The notes beneath the pieces are model-generated. The model ran no database searches, was not told where the DNA came from, and was given only the letters and a program-made list of their open reading frames with translations. Of a stretch of DNA of 64,000 nucleotides, positions 35,312 through 44,790 are shown in pieces. Both the position numbers and the translations under genes were made by a program. Numbering within the stretch: position 1 is the stretch's first letter; every line of letters starts with the position of its first letter. This DNA comes from Prevotella sp. (lineage in GTDB: Bacteria > Bacteroidota > Bacteroidia > Bacteroidales > Dysgonomonadaceae): positions 139,975-203,974 of the forward strand of contig JAITVV010000056.1 in the NCBI GenBank assembly GCA_031285625.1, written 5' to 3'.

Positions 35312-37735
35312 TTGACCAATCTCAGCTTGAGCATCAATTTCACTTATAAGTTCTAAATTATTTTCTGCAATTAGCCCATCGTATAACCTTCCCGTTTTAG
35401 ATTTTTCTTCAATATTTATAACTAAAGAAAAAGAATGCGACATTTCATAAATTTGTCTTTCTAAACTAGTTAATAATTTATTATACATAGATGAAACTGC
35501 AATCTTAAATGTTCCATCTTCATTAATCAATTTTGCTTTAGATATTGATAAAGAGATTTGCTGAACATTGCTCAAGGGCTTATTCTTATAATAGTAATCT
35601 TCAGACCAAGCAGTTGCTCCGACTTTAGTCTGTTCTGTTTTATTTCCGTTTATTCCTTTATCAATGGTCTTATCTCTCCCATTTACACGGACTACTTCTT
35701 GTTCCTCACATAACAAATTTTTAAAGAGTCCAAATGAAATATGGATGGGACAATAAGCAATTTCATTATTCAAAATAGGCTTGAATTTAAAACAAAGAGT
35801 AGCCGTAACTTTTAATAATTTTTGATTGGGTAATTCTTTTAAATATTCAGGAAAATGGATTGGGTAGATATGTAAATTCCCAGGTTCAATAGAGTCTTCT
35901 AATACTAAAGTTATCGAATTTTCAGAAGAATACAATAGTTTCTCTGTATTAGGTATTCCATATCCTAGAACTTGCTCGTGTTTACATATTCTAGAAGAAA
36001 TAATATGATTACAAATAAAAGTTTTTTTAACAGCAGAATTGATAATTAATGCTTTTATAGTCTGCATATTATCATTTAAGTTAGGATATAACTTGAATAA
36101 TCTTGCCGCTAAATTGGCAATTAAAGGAGTTGAATAACTTGTACCACAAGTTCTCATAAAATATTCCCCTGTAACGGAAGATATTACCCTTAGAGCACTA
36201 TTGCTATCATCTTCTAACAGTAAATTAAAATCACCTCCATAATGAAGCAAATCTGGTTTAAAAAGATGCTTATTAGGTCTTTGTTTTTTAGTTTTCCAAT
36301 TTACATGATGTCGAGGTGAATAATAGGCAGACGAATCTGTATCAAGTGATAAAGCATTTATACTATCAAAAAGTTCAAAATTACCTGCAGCAGCTCCAAT
36401 CGTAATATTGTTCATGCTTTCCGCTGGGGTTTTAATGAATGCTGAATTTAAACGTATTTGATTTGGATAAGGAATAGCTCTATCAATTCCTTCAGTAGTA
36501 GATTCAACAAAATAGCCATTATGGTTACCTGCACTTATAAAAATAAGTATATCTAATTCATAAGATAGAGTGTCTAGCATATATGCATACTTCTCAATCT
36601 GGCTATTTTCAATTTTCGGATCAATATATCCAATACATAAGTTAAACAGTTTAATTCCATATTCAGCATTCGCTCTTCTAATTAAATCTATTACGTCTTT
36701 GTCTGGTAATCTTCCAATAGATGAATCAATAACTTTCATCGAAAGAAGTTTTGCATCAGGCTCTATTATTCCTCTAGCTTCAGGATATAATTTATCTCCA
36801 AAAGCAATTAATGCAGCAACTCCTGTTCCATGATTGCAGTTGTCTTCTTTTGGTGAATTTCCTGTTAGACTATATGAATTGTCATTATTAACAATTATAG
36901 ACTCTAAAGGGTGAATATCACTAATCCCACTATCTATTACTCCCACAATTGGAATATCATTAGAGGGATCTTCAACTTCAAATCCAAAAGAACGGATAGG
37001 TGTTTGAACTAATGATGGTCGAATAAAACCTGCATCATGGGAATTTATTGTTTGAATATTATCAAAATTATTGGCAATCTCATGAATTGTTCCTAACGCC
37101 ACATTAAACAATTCAATTCTACTAAAATCAATATCTCTTTTGAACGCTATATTATTCTCATTCAGATATCTAATTAATTGCTCTTCTAATGGTAATATAA
37201 AATCTTGAAACAATTCTGGATTTTCAACTAATTCCAATGCATAACAACTTTTTTCTTCCAAATGACGAGTTAACACTCCAATGTCATGGTAATTGAAACT
37301 CTTTATAAACTTAATATTATTATTAAATTCATTTTGAGCATTATGTCTTATAATCTGTTCTAATTCATTAAAAAAAGACCTAAAAAGATCTCGATCAATA
37401 ACAGCAAAAACACCTATAGTATTTGATTTTAAAAAACATATAGGATATAAACCAAAATCGTTTCTATATTGTATAGTAAAATCCTTTGAATTAAAAACAT
37501 CATAGAATTCAATCTCAATATAATCAATTTCTATATCCAAATTTAAGTTCTTATGCTCCGTCCTATATTGCTTTCCTGTTCGATAAGATTGGATTGAGTC
37601 ATTTAGACTTTGTATGTTTAAAGTAGAAACCTCCTCTTGTTCATTCTCTTCTTGCCCAGAGAATCTGGCTTTTTGTCTGAATCTAGCTTGACCTTCGATT
37701 GGATTTCTAAAATATAGATGAGATTTTTTACTCAT
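35288..37735 (-). CDS. S8 subtilisin-like serine protease, IetS-like (no signal peptide)
   Basis: Catalytic motifs GVIDSG (D), HGTGVA (H), SAGN (oxyanion) and GTSYSTP (S). 815 aa. Confidence 0.9.
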   Translation of the reverse strand: MSKKSHLYFRNPIEGQARFRQKARFSGQEENEQEEVSTLNIQSLNDSIQSYRTGKQYRTEHKNLNLDIEIDYIEIEFYDVFNSKDFTIQYRNDFGLYPICFLKSNTIGVFAVIDRDLFRSFFNELEQIIRHNAQNEFNNNIKFIKSFNYHDIGVLTRHLEEKSCYALELVENPELFQDFILPLEEQLIRYLNENNIAFKRDIDFSRIELFNVALGTIHEIANNFDNIQTINSHDAGFIRPSLVQTPIRSFGFEVEDPSNDIPIVGVIDSGISDIHPLESIIVNNDNSYSLTGNSPKEDNCNHGTGVAALIAFGDKLYPEARGIIEPDAKLLSMKVIDSSIGRLPDKDVIDLIRRANAEYGIKLFNLCIGYIDPKIENSQIEKYAYMLDTLSYELDILIFISAGNHNGYFVESTTEGIDRAIPYPNQIRLNSAFIKTPAESMNNITIGAAAGNFELFDSINALSLDTDSSAYYSPRHHVNWKTKKQRPNKHLFKPDLLHYGGDFNLLLEDDSNSALRVISSVTGEYFMRTCGTSYSTPLIANLAARLFKLYPNLNDNMQTIKALIINSAVKKTFICNHIISSRICKHEQVLGYGIPNTEKLLYSSENSITLVLEDSIEPGNLHIYPIHFPEYLKELPNQKLLKVTATLCFKFKPILNNEIAYCPIHISFGLFKNLLCEEQEVVRVNGRDKTIDKGINGNKTEQTKVGATAWSEDYYYKNKPLSNVQQISLSISKAKLINEDGTFKIAVSSMYNKLLTSLERQIYEMSHSFSLVINIEEKSKTGRLYDGLIAENNLELISEIDAQAEIGQLDLFGDI

Positions 37736-37771
37736 AAAAAGCTTATTAATAATATTTTAAACTAAATATTT

Positions 37772-38182
37772 TTACTTTCTCTCTTTCAACACCTCATGCA
37801 ACAAAGAAATAGCTTCCTCTTTATCTTTCAACATCCTCTCATATAAAGCTATCTTTTCATCATATAGTTCAACTACTTTATCTAACGGATTGAAAGTTGG
37901 CTGATAATTTTGAGCAACAGAATTGTCTTGCCATGTGCCGGAAAATATATTTATGGCGGTTCCCTGTTCAAGTTCAGTGATAGCCTCAACAGGAATATCC
38001 AAGGCTTTAGCAATTTTATCTAAAATATCCTGTTCAAGCTTATCCTTTTTCTCATAACTAGAAAGAGTTGCCTGTGATACTCCTATTTGTTCTGCAAGTA
38101 CATCCTGATTTATATTGCGCCACTCTCTCCAACGACGAACGTTAGGGCCATGGTTATTCTTTCTTACGGTTGTTTCTTCCAT
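37772..38182 (-). CDS. XRE-family HTH transcriptional regulator
   Basis: QDVLAEQIGVSQATLSSYE HTH with the Bacteroidetes-type FNPLDKVVELYERML tail. Confidence 0.9.
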   Translation of the reverse strand: MEETTVRKNNHGPNVRRWREWRNINQDVLAEQIGVSQATLSSYEKKDKLEQDILDKIAKALDIPVEAITELEQGTAINIFSGTWQDNSVAQNYQPTFNPLDKVVELYDEKIALYERMLKDKEEAISLLHEVLKERK

Positions 38183-38332
38183 ATCTATTTATGAATTTGT
38201 TTATATGCAAAAATAAGCATTTAGGGCTAATAATAACTTATTTCTGAAGATAATATTTTAACAGTTAGGATATTGATAATATTAAACGCTTTTTCAATAT
38301 GATACAAGCCTAATTGTTAGAATACAGGATGC

Positions 38333-38605
38333 TTGACCCTTTCTTTTGTATACATAAAGATTTTAGCGATGATAAATTTATTAAAAGCTGTTTATTCAGA
38401 AGAACAGCCGAAATTTTCCTCTGTCCCTGAATATGTAGGTAAGACATTTGAGAAAATAGCCTCTGAACATACTCATTATAAAGGAATTCCTTATCATTAC
38501 AAAGATAAAGAAGCCCTAATCGTGGAGATTCGTTTGGAAAACTCAACTTTATCTTGCTTAATTGAGAATGAAATTTGCACCGAAGCCTACCAGTTCCCAG
38601 ATTAG
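38333..38605 (+). CDS. Small hypothetical protein divergent from the HTH gene
   Basis: About 90-aa ORF followed by a hairpin at 38641-38668. Start uncertain. Confidence 0.5.
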   Translation: MTLSFVYIKILAMINLLKAVYSEEQPKFSSVPEYVGKTFEKIASEHTHYKGIPYHYKDKEALIVEIRLENSTLSCLIENEICTEAYQFPD

Positions 38606-38640
38606 ATAACGCCCCAGCTGATGAATACCCTAAAATTATA

Positions 38641-38668
38641 CAGGCTGTAACCATTAAATTACAGCCTG
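38641..38668. terminator. Terminator-like hairpin
   Basis: caggctgtaa/ttacagcctg stem between convergent ORFs. Confidence 0.6.
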
Positions 38669-38678
38669 CATTTTTAAG

Positions 38679-39365
38679 TTAGTTTATATTCAGATTATCA
38701 ATTTCTTTATCTAACCGTTTAATATTCTCTTCATTTTGTTTCTTTTGCTCCAGCTTTCTAGCCTGCTCTTGCAAGCGATGCTCATAATCACTCACTCTTT
38801 TACGAATGTTATCCACAACATAAGTACTATCCGGATAGAAGAAAAAGTTTTCCAACCGGGTAATTTCGTTTGGCAAGATACCATTCTTCATTTTGATAAA
38901 CCTATATTTCAGGTCATTTTGGGTTAATCTGTTATTCTCCTGATACTGGTTGTAATTTCCGAATAAGGAGCATAACAATCCAAGTGAGATAAGGATAATC
39001 GCAATAAAAGTTTTACTCGACTTAAAATCAATCGTATAATGATTCTTTACAATACTTGGCTGTTTAGCTATCTTCTCCAATTCTACTATTTTCTCATTGA
39101 GAAATTCTGAAAAAGAATTATTTGCTTCATCCTGCAACTGGCGCATAGTTGCGACTACTTCCGAACTGTATGTCTTCAATTCTTCCGCCGTAATACCTTT
39201 CTTCGATTCATCGATAGTCTGTATTATCTTATTCAGCAAATCTATCTTCAACGCGGATTCTCCGTCATCCGTCTTTTTCGAAGATTGGATTTCGCTTTTG
39301 AGTTCGGACAGTATTTCTGAAAAGCCGTCCATTGTTACCTGTATATTTTCAAATTCATTATTCAT
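38679..39365 (-). CDS. Mobilisation-associated coiled-coil membrane protein
   Basis: Directly downstream of the relaxase. One TM helix, coiled coil and NDLKYRFIKM motif. Confidence 0.65.
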   Translation of the reverse strand: MNNEFENIQVTMDGFSEILSELKSEIQSSKKTDDGESALKIDLLNKIIQTIDESKKGITAEELKTYSSEVVATMRQLQDEANNSFSEFLNEKIVELEKIAKQPSIVKNHYTIDFKSSKTFIAIILISLGLLCSLFGNYNQYQENNRLTQNDLKYRFIKMKNGILPNEITRLENFFFYPDSTYVVDNIRKRVSDYEHRLQEQARKLEQKKQNEENIKRLDKEIDNLNIN

Positions 39366-39370
39366 AATTG

Positions 39371-40330
39371 TTATCTTAATTTGGGCCGTTTATTATTTTT
39401 CCTGTTTATCTTCTTCTGCCTGTATTCCATCTCATGCCGGAAGCGGTTTTCTTCCGGATCTTCCCCATGAGTCTCGAATACAGACATCGAGCCGACTCCT
39501 TCAATCAGGGAACCGATAATACCGGCTCGCTGATTATGGGTATTATTTTCTCCGGTAGAGTCTCCCGTTGGTATATTCCGATTCTGTTTTTGACTTTGGC
39601 TTTGAGTGTTTGCCTTTAGCTGTGTATCTATCTTTGAATAGCTGAAGCTGCGGCCTATCTCCGAACCTTTGAAGGTGATACTGTCTTTGGTAAAGGAAAT
39701 ACCTTGCACTTCATTTGTCTGACCTTTATACTTGTAAGACAGGATAACACCTTTTTCTTTCAACAGCTTTTCTAAATCATCCCAGTTAGCAGATTTGGAT
39801 AAGACATCTTTCACAGCATCGTAAACCTGATATTTGGTTTTATCTGTTCCTCTTAACTTTTGCTGCTTTACCTTATCCTTGCCTTTGCCATATGTTAATC
39901 CGTACTTGTCTTTCAATTTTTTACAGACCGCTTCATTCCGGTACAGGTCATTCCTGTCACTGATAACCCTGCCGTTATTGTCGATACGGTTATAAACCAG
40001 ATGTACATGTGGATTACTGTTATCGAAATGTCTTACTAAAATGAATTGGGTATCTTTTATTCCCATATTATCCATATATTCCTTAGCCAGTATTATCATA
40101 ACCCCGTCGGTCAGCCGTTTCTCATCATCAGGCGAATAGCTTAATGAGATATGCCCGACAGGATGTTTGATGTTAGGCTTCATCAGACGTTGTGTATGAA
40201 AGCTTTGGATTATATTGTCCGTATTACCCAATAGCACGCCATCGGCAGCTATCAGTTTGGCTTCCTGTTTGTTCAGGACATAATTAACACATCCTTTAAA
40301 CGCTGCTCTTTTCATAACTTTTCCAATCAT
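39371..40330 (-). CDS. Relaxase/mobilisation nuclease (MOBP-like)
   Basis: N-terminal Tyr (CVNYVL), GHISLSYSP and the 3-His motif VRHFD...HVHLVYNRI. Confidence 0.93.
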   Translation of the reverse strand: MIGKVMKRAAFKGCVNYVLNKQEAKLIAADGVLLGNTDNIIQSFHTQRLMKPNIKHPVGHISLSYSPDDEKRLTDGVMIILAKEYMDNMGIKDTQFILVRHFDNSNPHVHLVYNRIDNNGRVISDRNDLYRNEAVCKKLKDKYGLTYGKGKDKVKQQKLRGTDKTKYQVYDAVKDVLSKSANWDDLEKLLKEKGVILSYKYKGQTNEVQGISFTKDSITFKGSEIGRSFSYSKIDTQLKANTQSQSQKQNRNIPTGDSTGENNTHNQRAGIIGSLIEGVGSMSVFETHGEDPEENRFRHEMEYRQKKINRKNNKRPKLR

Positions 40331-40673
40331 TTGAAAGTTGGTTTATAATTCCTACCATGATACCCCGAAGGCTGATCACATCGGAAGCTACATTTTTGAA
40401 TCCTTCCCTGTTGGCTGTCCTTGCCAGCTGGTTCAGGTTGTTCGCTTCCCCTGAGAGTTTACGAAGTATGTCCGCGTCGGATTTACTTATCCGCTGTACT
40501 ACTTTTCCGGTCAGTAAGACCGAGCGGGCAAACTTGCTCAGGCTTACTCCCGCATCCTTTGCCCTTTTCTTTAAAGCCATGTACTCAATACCTGAGATAC
40601 GGGCGCTGACTACTTTCTCTTTCGGCTTTTTCCTAACCTTATTTTTATCTGGAATAATCTTATTATTTAGCAT
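40296..40673 (-). CDS. mobC: MobC relaxosome accessory protein
   Basis: RHH-like AKDAGVSLSKFAR and NNLNQLAR motif. Overlaps the relaxase start. Confidence 0.9.
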   Translation of the reverse strand: MLNNKIIPDKNKVRKKPKEKVVSARISGIEYMALKKRAKDAGVSLSKFARSVLLTGKVVQRISKSDADILRKLSGEANNLNQLARTANREGFKNVASDVISLRGIMVGIINQLSNDWKSYEKSSV

Positions 40674-40737
40674 GGAACTTTACATTTTTATAGTTAATTA
40701 CTCTCCCCGAAACTGCGACCGACGGGAGCGGTTTTCC

Positions 40738-40790
40738 CTCCGGCAAAGCCGGAGCAAGGTAGGAAATGTATACATTTCCATAACCTTGCC
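40738..40790. other. Putative oriT
   Basis: Upstream of mobC: hairpin ctccggc/gccggag, then gcaaggt...accttgc enclosing the perfect 18-bp palindrome ggaaatgtatacatttcc (40762-79). Confidence 0.65.
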
Positions 40791-40995
40791 ATTGACTTTC
40801 CAAACAGGGCTTTGCCTCCAACCGGACGGGCAGCATCTTCAGGAACTGATACGCAAAACTTCGGGCTTTAGCTCAGGTTGGTATACCAACTAAGCTACCG
40901 GAACTGACTAAACCCAAAACACCAATAACTCATCGCTCGGGGATCGCCTTTGCGGCAAGGGGGTGGAGCACCACTCCCGACGAGCGGGAAAGAAC

Positions 40996-41283
40996 TTATT
41001 TCTTTTTCTTAGGGAAGATTACCATGTTAGCGGCTTCGTTTTGCAGTTCTTGTTTTGTCCTGACAGGATTTTGCCTTAACCAATCCTCCAACAATTCCCT
41101 TTCGAAGTAAATCATTTTGCCTTGTGGTTTATAGTGTGGAATAAGCCCTTTCGAGGTAAGTTGGTACAGGTAGCTTCTTGACAAGTTCAGAAACCTGCTG
41201 GCTTCTTCAAAACTGAAGATTTTTTTAAGGATGTAAAGTTGTTTCTCTAATGCGGAAACCCTCACTTCTAAATTTTGTTCCAT
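40996..41283 (-). CDS. Excisionase-like HTH (HTH_17) protein
   Basis: EEASRFLNLSRSYLYQLTSKGLIPHYKPQGKMIYF. Start at ATG 41283; -7 box TACATTTG at 41348-55. Confidence 0.88.
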   Translation of the reverse strand: MEQNLEVRVSALEKQLYILKKIFSFEEASRFLNLSRSYLYQLTSKGLIPHYKPQGKMIYFERELLEDWLRQNPVRTKQELQNEAANMVIFPKKKK

Positions 41284-41408
41284 AAAACTATGAATTTTAC
41301 AAATTAATAAAATGGGGTTGCGCATACCCCGGAATTTTGTTAACGGGGCAAATGTAAAATGAAAAATACGGGTGGTTGTTTGAGAATGATTGAGGTCTTA
41401 ATGTACTC

Positions 41409-42371
41409 TCAATGTCTTTTCATTTGTTTAAGATATTTGTGGATAGTATCGCTTTCTTTGGGTGGGTTTTCCGTTGCGTCAAAGGCTGCGGAAGAGTAGT
41501 CGTTTTGCCCGAGTATTTTGCCTTTGAACGACATGAACAGGTTATTTCGGGCGCATACAGACTGCCATTCAGCTATGATATAGTTTTTATAGGAGAGTTC
41601 GCTGAATAGGAATGCAAGCAGTCTATTTTTATTCCGGTTTATTCTGACAGGTACTTCGAGCTTACAGTTGAAAAGACTTTCAAGCAGTTCCGGCGTAACG
41701 GGTTCAGCAAACAATCGCTGTTCATTTATACATTCTTCGAGGATATCCAGTTGCCAGTCATCAAAATTACTGCCGAGGGTTTGTTGCATGCTCACGACTG
41801 TTTTCCTTCCAGACTGACGGGCTTTCCGTTCTTCTTCCTCCTGTTGTTTCATTTCTGTATATAACGCCATAGGCTCTACAATGGACTTGACGGATGTGAT
41901 AGTGTTGCCCATCTGAACGACCGAGCCTTTAATATCCGACATGCCGGAGATCAATGCTTCGTGTTTTGTGTCCGTCGGTTCGGACAGCCTGTATTTTGCA
42001 TATAACCGTTCAAATGTAGCTTCGATACTTTTGCATTTTCGGGGTGAGTAATGGTTATAAGACAGGTGCTTTTTGTAATCCTCCATCTGCCTGTCGAGGT
42101 ATTTATTAGCCTGCTGCACTGTCATGTGGTTGTATTTGATAACCGACTGCATATAATGGGGAGTAAAACGGAAATTATATGGCAACATACACAGGCAATT
42201 GAACCACCTGAATATGTTTGCCGCACCGAAAAGGAGAAAGGCCAACGGAATATATACCCACATCAGGATTTTATTTTTTATCCGTAAAAAACGTTTTATG
42301 ACTATCAGTCTGTACCATAGCCTGTCGATGGTTTGTTTATCCGAATATTTTATATAATCCAGTTTCCTCAT
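41409..42371 (-). CDS. Hypothetical protein of the mobile element (N-terminal TM segment)
   Basis: Start at ATG 42371, supported by -7 box TATTTTTG at 42389-96 (minus). No family recognised. Confidence 0.65.
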   Translation of the reverse strand: MRKLDYIKYSDKQTIDRLWYRLIVIKRFLRIKNKILMWVYIPLAFLLFGAANIFRWFNCLCMLPYNFRFTPHYMQSVIKYNHMTVQQANKYLDRQMEDYKKHLSYNHYSPRKCKSIEATFERLYAKYRLSEPTDTKHEALISGMSDIKGSVVQMGNTITSVKSIVEPMALYTEMKQQEEEERKARQSGRKTVVSMQQTLGSNFDDWQLDILEECINEQRLFAEPVTPELLESLFNCKLEVPVRINRNKNRLLAFLFSELSYKNYIIAEWQSVCARNNLFMSFKGKILGQNDYSSAAFDATENPPKESDTIHKYLKQMKRH

Positions 42372-42494
42372 ACTTAACTGTTTGACTACAAAAATACGAC
42401 AAAAAAGCAGATTAATAAAATTTAAAGACATTGGATTGATAGTCAATAAATAAGGTGTTGAGTTGTGTTTGTTTCCCGAATAAAAAACAGGAAA

Positions 42495-42540
42495 ACGTAC
42501 TTTTGAGTCGTACTTTAGTTACCTGTTTTCGGTAACGAAA
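42495..42540. other. Integrase-binding/element-end-like sequence
   Basis: Inverted tttagttacc/ggtaacgaaa with a 7-bp spacer, plus direct cgtacttt repeats. Confidence 0.45.
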
Positions 42541-42702
42541 ATACTACCAGAGGTAGCAAAAGGACGCAGTTTGCAAGGTGAAAAAGCAAAGGAATTTAGT
42601 CGGTGAAAAAAACAGATTTTGAGAAAAGATTCTTATTCACATGCCCGGTTTATTCTTCATGGTAGGAGACTTTGTGAAAAATATATCTCTTAAATAAGAA
42701 TT

Positions 42703-42794
42703 TATACTCAAAGGAAATTGGTTTGCGAAAATATAGATTCAAATGTCTTACTATAAGCCATAGTATCATTGCAATATATTTCTGTTTGAGTATA
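42703..42794. mobile_element. 92-bp MITE related to the IS630 element
   Basis: Terminal inverted repeats TATACTCAAA...TTTGAGTATA with TA at both ends. The 26-nt ends match the IS630 end at 63551 at 21/26 and 22/26 positions. Confidence 0.8.
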
Positions 42795-42957
42795 TCTAAT
42801 GCCTTTTATATATGGCAAATCTACAAAAGTCCTGAAATTTGAAGACGAATATAATGCTATCGTTTATCTTCCTAATGATAATTTTGGCGTCCCGTCTGGC
42901 TGTTAAATTCAGCATTCTTTGCAGCTAAATAAGCCGTGTTTCAGTCTTAATAAGTAT

Positions 42958-42983
42958 AAAACCGCCCTTATCCAGGGCGGTTT
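42958..42983 (-). terminator. Terminator of the esterase gene
   Basis: aaaccgccct/agggcggttt stem. Confidence 0.75.
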
Positions 42984-43003
42984 CTTATTTTCTGTACTTA
43001 GCA

Positions 43004-44452
43004 TTAATCTTTCTGAGTGATTCCCTTCAGGCAATCGGTACGGAAAGGTGCGGCAGGTAAGCCTTCTTCATTGAACAGGTTCACATCCGGGTTGTTAGAC
43101 CAGCTGTATCGAACCGATACCGGATTTGGTATATTATCAGAGTATGCTACTACCTTATCCCCGTCTATATAAGCCTTTGCCCACACAAACTTATTATCTG
43201 CCCCGGCAATGGCGAAACCTTCTATATATCCGTATTTGCTTGTAGACTTCAAGCCTTTCCCTATGTTGTTGAAGCTGATAACAACCTTATTACCACTGAT
43301 ATCCATCGACTTGAAAGTAGGTACCGAGTATACTAAGCCTGTCTTGCCATAATCCTTATTCAAGGCGTTAAGAGCCAGACGGATTCCCACATCCTGCTTG
43401 TTGCGCGGATGAATGTCGCCTGCTTCGCCTATATCGGTGATAACCGCTTCGCCAGTCTTAGGCAAAGATAATGTCATGGTCTGCGCTTCCCTCAATTCGG
43501 CCCACTCACTGTCTACAGGCTTATCGTCTTTTGCCATGAAGTTAGCCAGTTGTACCCAGTAGAAAGGAAACTCATATCCCCATTTTGTTCTCCAGTCGGT
43601 AATCATGTTCGGGAACAATGTGCGGTAATTATAAGCCTGTGCGGCATTATGCTCTCCCTGATACCAGATAGCCCCTCCGATAGTAAACTGTGTGATAGGA
43701 TTTATCATGGAATTATAAAGCAAAGATGAATACATATTCGGGGATAGTTTCGCTTTGTCGCTTTCTAAATCGGTTATATTTAAGTCTTTATATTGTTCTT
43801 TGAACTTATCTGCCAGTTCTTCGAACGATTCCGGACTAGTCCAGGTTTCGATACCTGTCCCACCCCATGAGGAGTTAATAATACCGATAGGAATATTCAG
43901 TTCCTGATGAAGTTTCCGGGCAAAGAAATAGGCAACAGCTGAGAATTCGCCTGCTGTAGCAGGAGAGCAAACTGCCCATGTCCCATTAAAGTCGGATTTT
44001 GGTTTCATGTTCAAATCCTTAACTACATTGAATGCCCTGATTTGCGGATAATCGGCATTATCGATTTCAGTTTTGGCGTTTGTAACATTCTTCACCTGCC
44101 ACGCCATATTCGATTGGCCGGAACAAAGCCAGACTTCGCCCACCAGAATATTTTTCAGCGTAATAGTGTTTTTTTTGCCTTTTACTTCCATCGTATAAGG
44201 CCCGCCATGAGATACGGCAGCGAGCTGTATGCTCCAGTTGCCGTTTTTGTCTGCTTTTACCTTTTTTACCTGATTGAGGAAGCTGACCTCTATAGTTTCA
44301 TTTTTGTCGGCCCATCCCCAGACCTTAATAGCCTTATCGCACTGAAGCACCATATTGTCTGAGAATATGTGCGGTAGTTTTATTTCTGCATACAAAGTAG
44401 AGAATGCAAAACTAAAAATACAAAGAATAAGAGTATTTAAACTTTTTTTCAT
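43004..44452 (-). CDS. Sialate O-acetylesterase (SASA/SGNH), exported
   Basis: GEVWLCSGQSNM, WYQGEHN and DIHP motifs plus signal peptide. Confidence 0.92.
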   Translation of the reverse strand: MKKSLNTLILCIFSFAFSTLYAEIKLPHIFSDNMVLQCDKAIKVWGWADKNETIEVSFLNQVKKVKADKNGNWSIQLAAVSHGGPYTMEVKGKKNTITLKNILVGEVWLCSGQSNMAWQVKNVTNAKTEIDNADYPQIRAFNVVKDLNMKPKSDFNGTWAVCSPATAGEFSAVAYFFARKLHQELNIPIGIINSSWGGTGIETWTSPESFEELADKFKEQYKDLNITDLESDKAKLSPNMYSSLLYNSMINPITQFTIGGAIWYQGEHNAAQAYNYRTLFPNMITDWRTKWGYEFPFYWVQLANFMAKDDKPVDSEWAELREAQTMTLSLPKTGEAVITDIGEAGDIHPRNKQDVGIRLALNALNKDYGKTGLVYSVPTFKSMDISGNKVVISFNNIGKGLKSTSKYGYIEGFAIAGADNKFVWAKAYIDGDKVVAYSDNIPNPVSVRYSWSNNPDVNLFNEEGLPAAPFRTDCLKGITQKD

Positions 44453-44649
44453 GTTGTGTAAATTGATTGATATTAGACAATGAATATTTCTGTAATTTCG
44501 TTAACTGTTAGCATGGTAGTAAGATCTAGTTATTTGTTTGTAAATCAGAACTATAAATATAGCTGTTTCTATAATATCCATGCTAACTCTTTGGCATATT
44601 TTTTATGTCGAACTCACGTTATATTAACTAAAAATAATCATTCAATTAT

Positions 44650-44673
44650 TGAAAGCGTTTCATCTCAAACATA
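44650..44673 (-). promoter_or_regulatory. Putative -7 promoter and LacI-type operator upstream of the esterase
   Basis: TATGTTTG (44666-73, minus) next to tgaaagcgtttca (44650-62), which resembles the operators at 61512 and 61730. Confidence 0.4.
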
Positions 44674-44790
44674 TTATCGTCTGGGGAAATAAGTCATTCT
44701 CTTTAGTTTTGTGTATCTGGATATTATAAGACAACCTCCGATTGCTGTGGAATAAAAAGAAGCTTGTCATTCACGATGTAGAACTCTATT

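Noticed and set aside
38310-38654. 114-aa minus-strand ORF
   Set aside because: Antisense to the more protein-like 38333-38605 ORF, with no motif.
40357-40893. 178-aa plus-strand ORF
   Set aside because: Antisense to mobC and spans the putative oriT.
44480-44692. 70-aa plus-strand ORF
   Set aside because: AT-rich intergenic DNA, opposite to its neighbours, with no motif.
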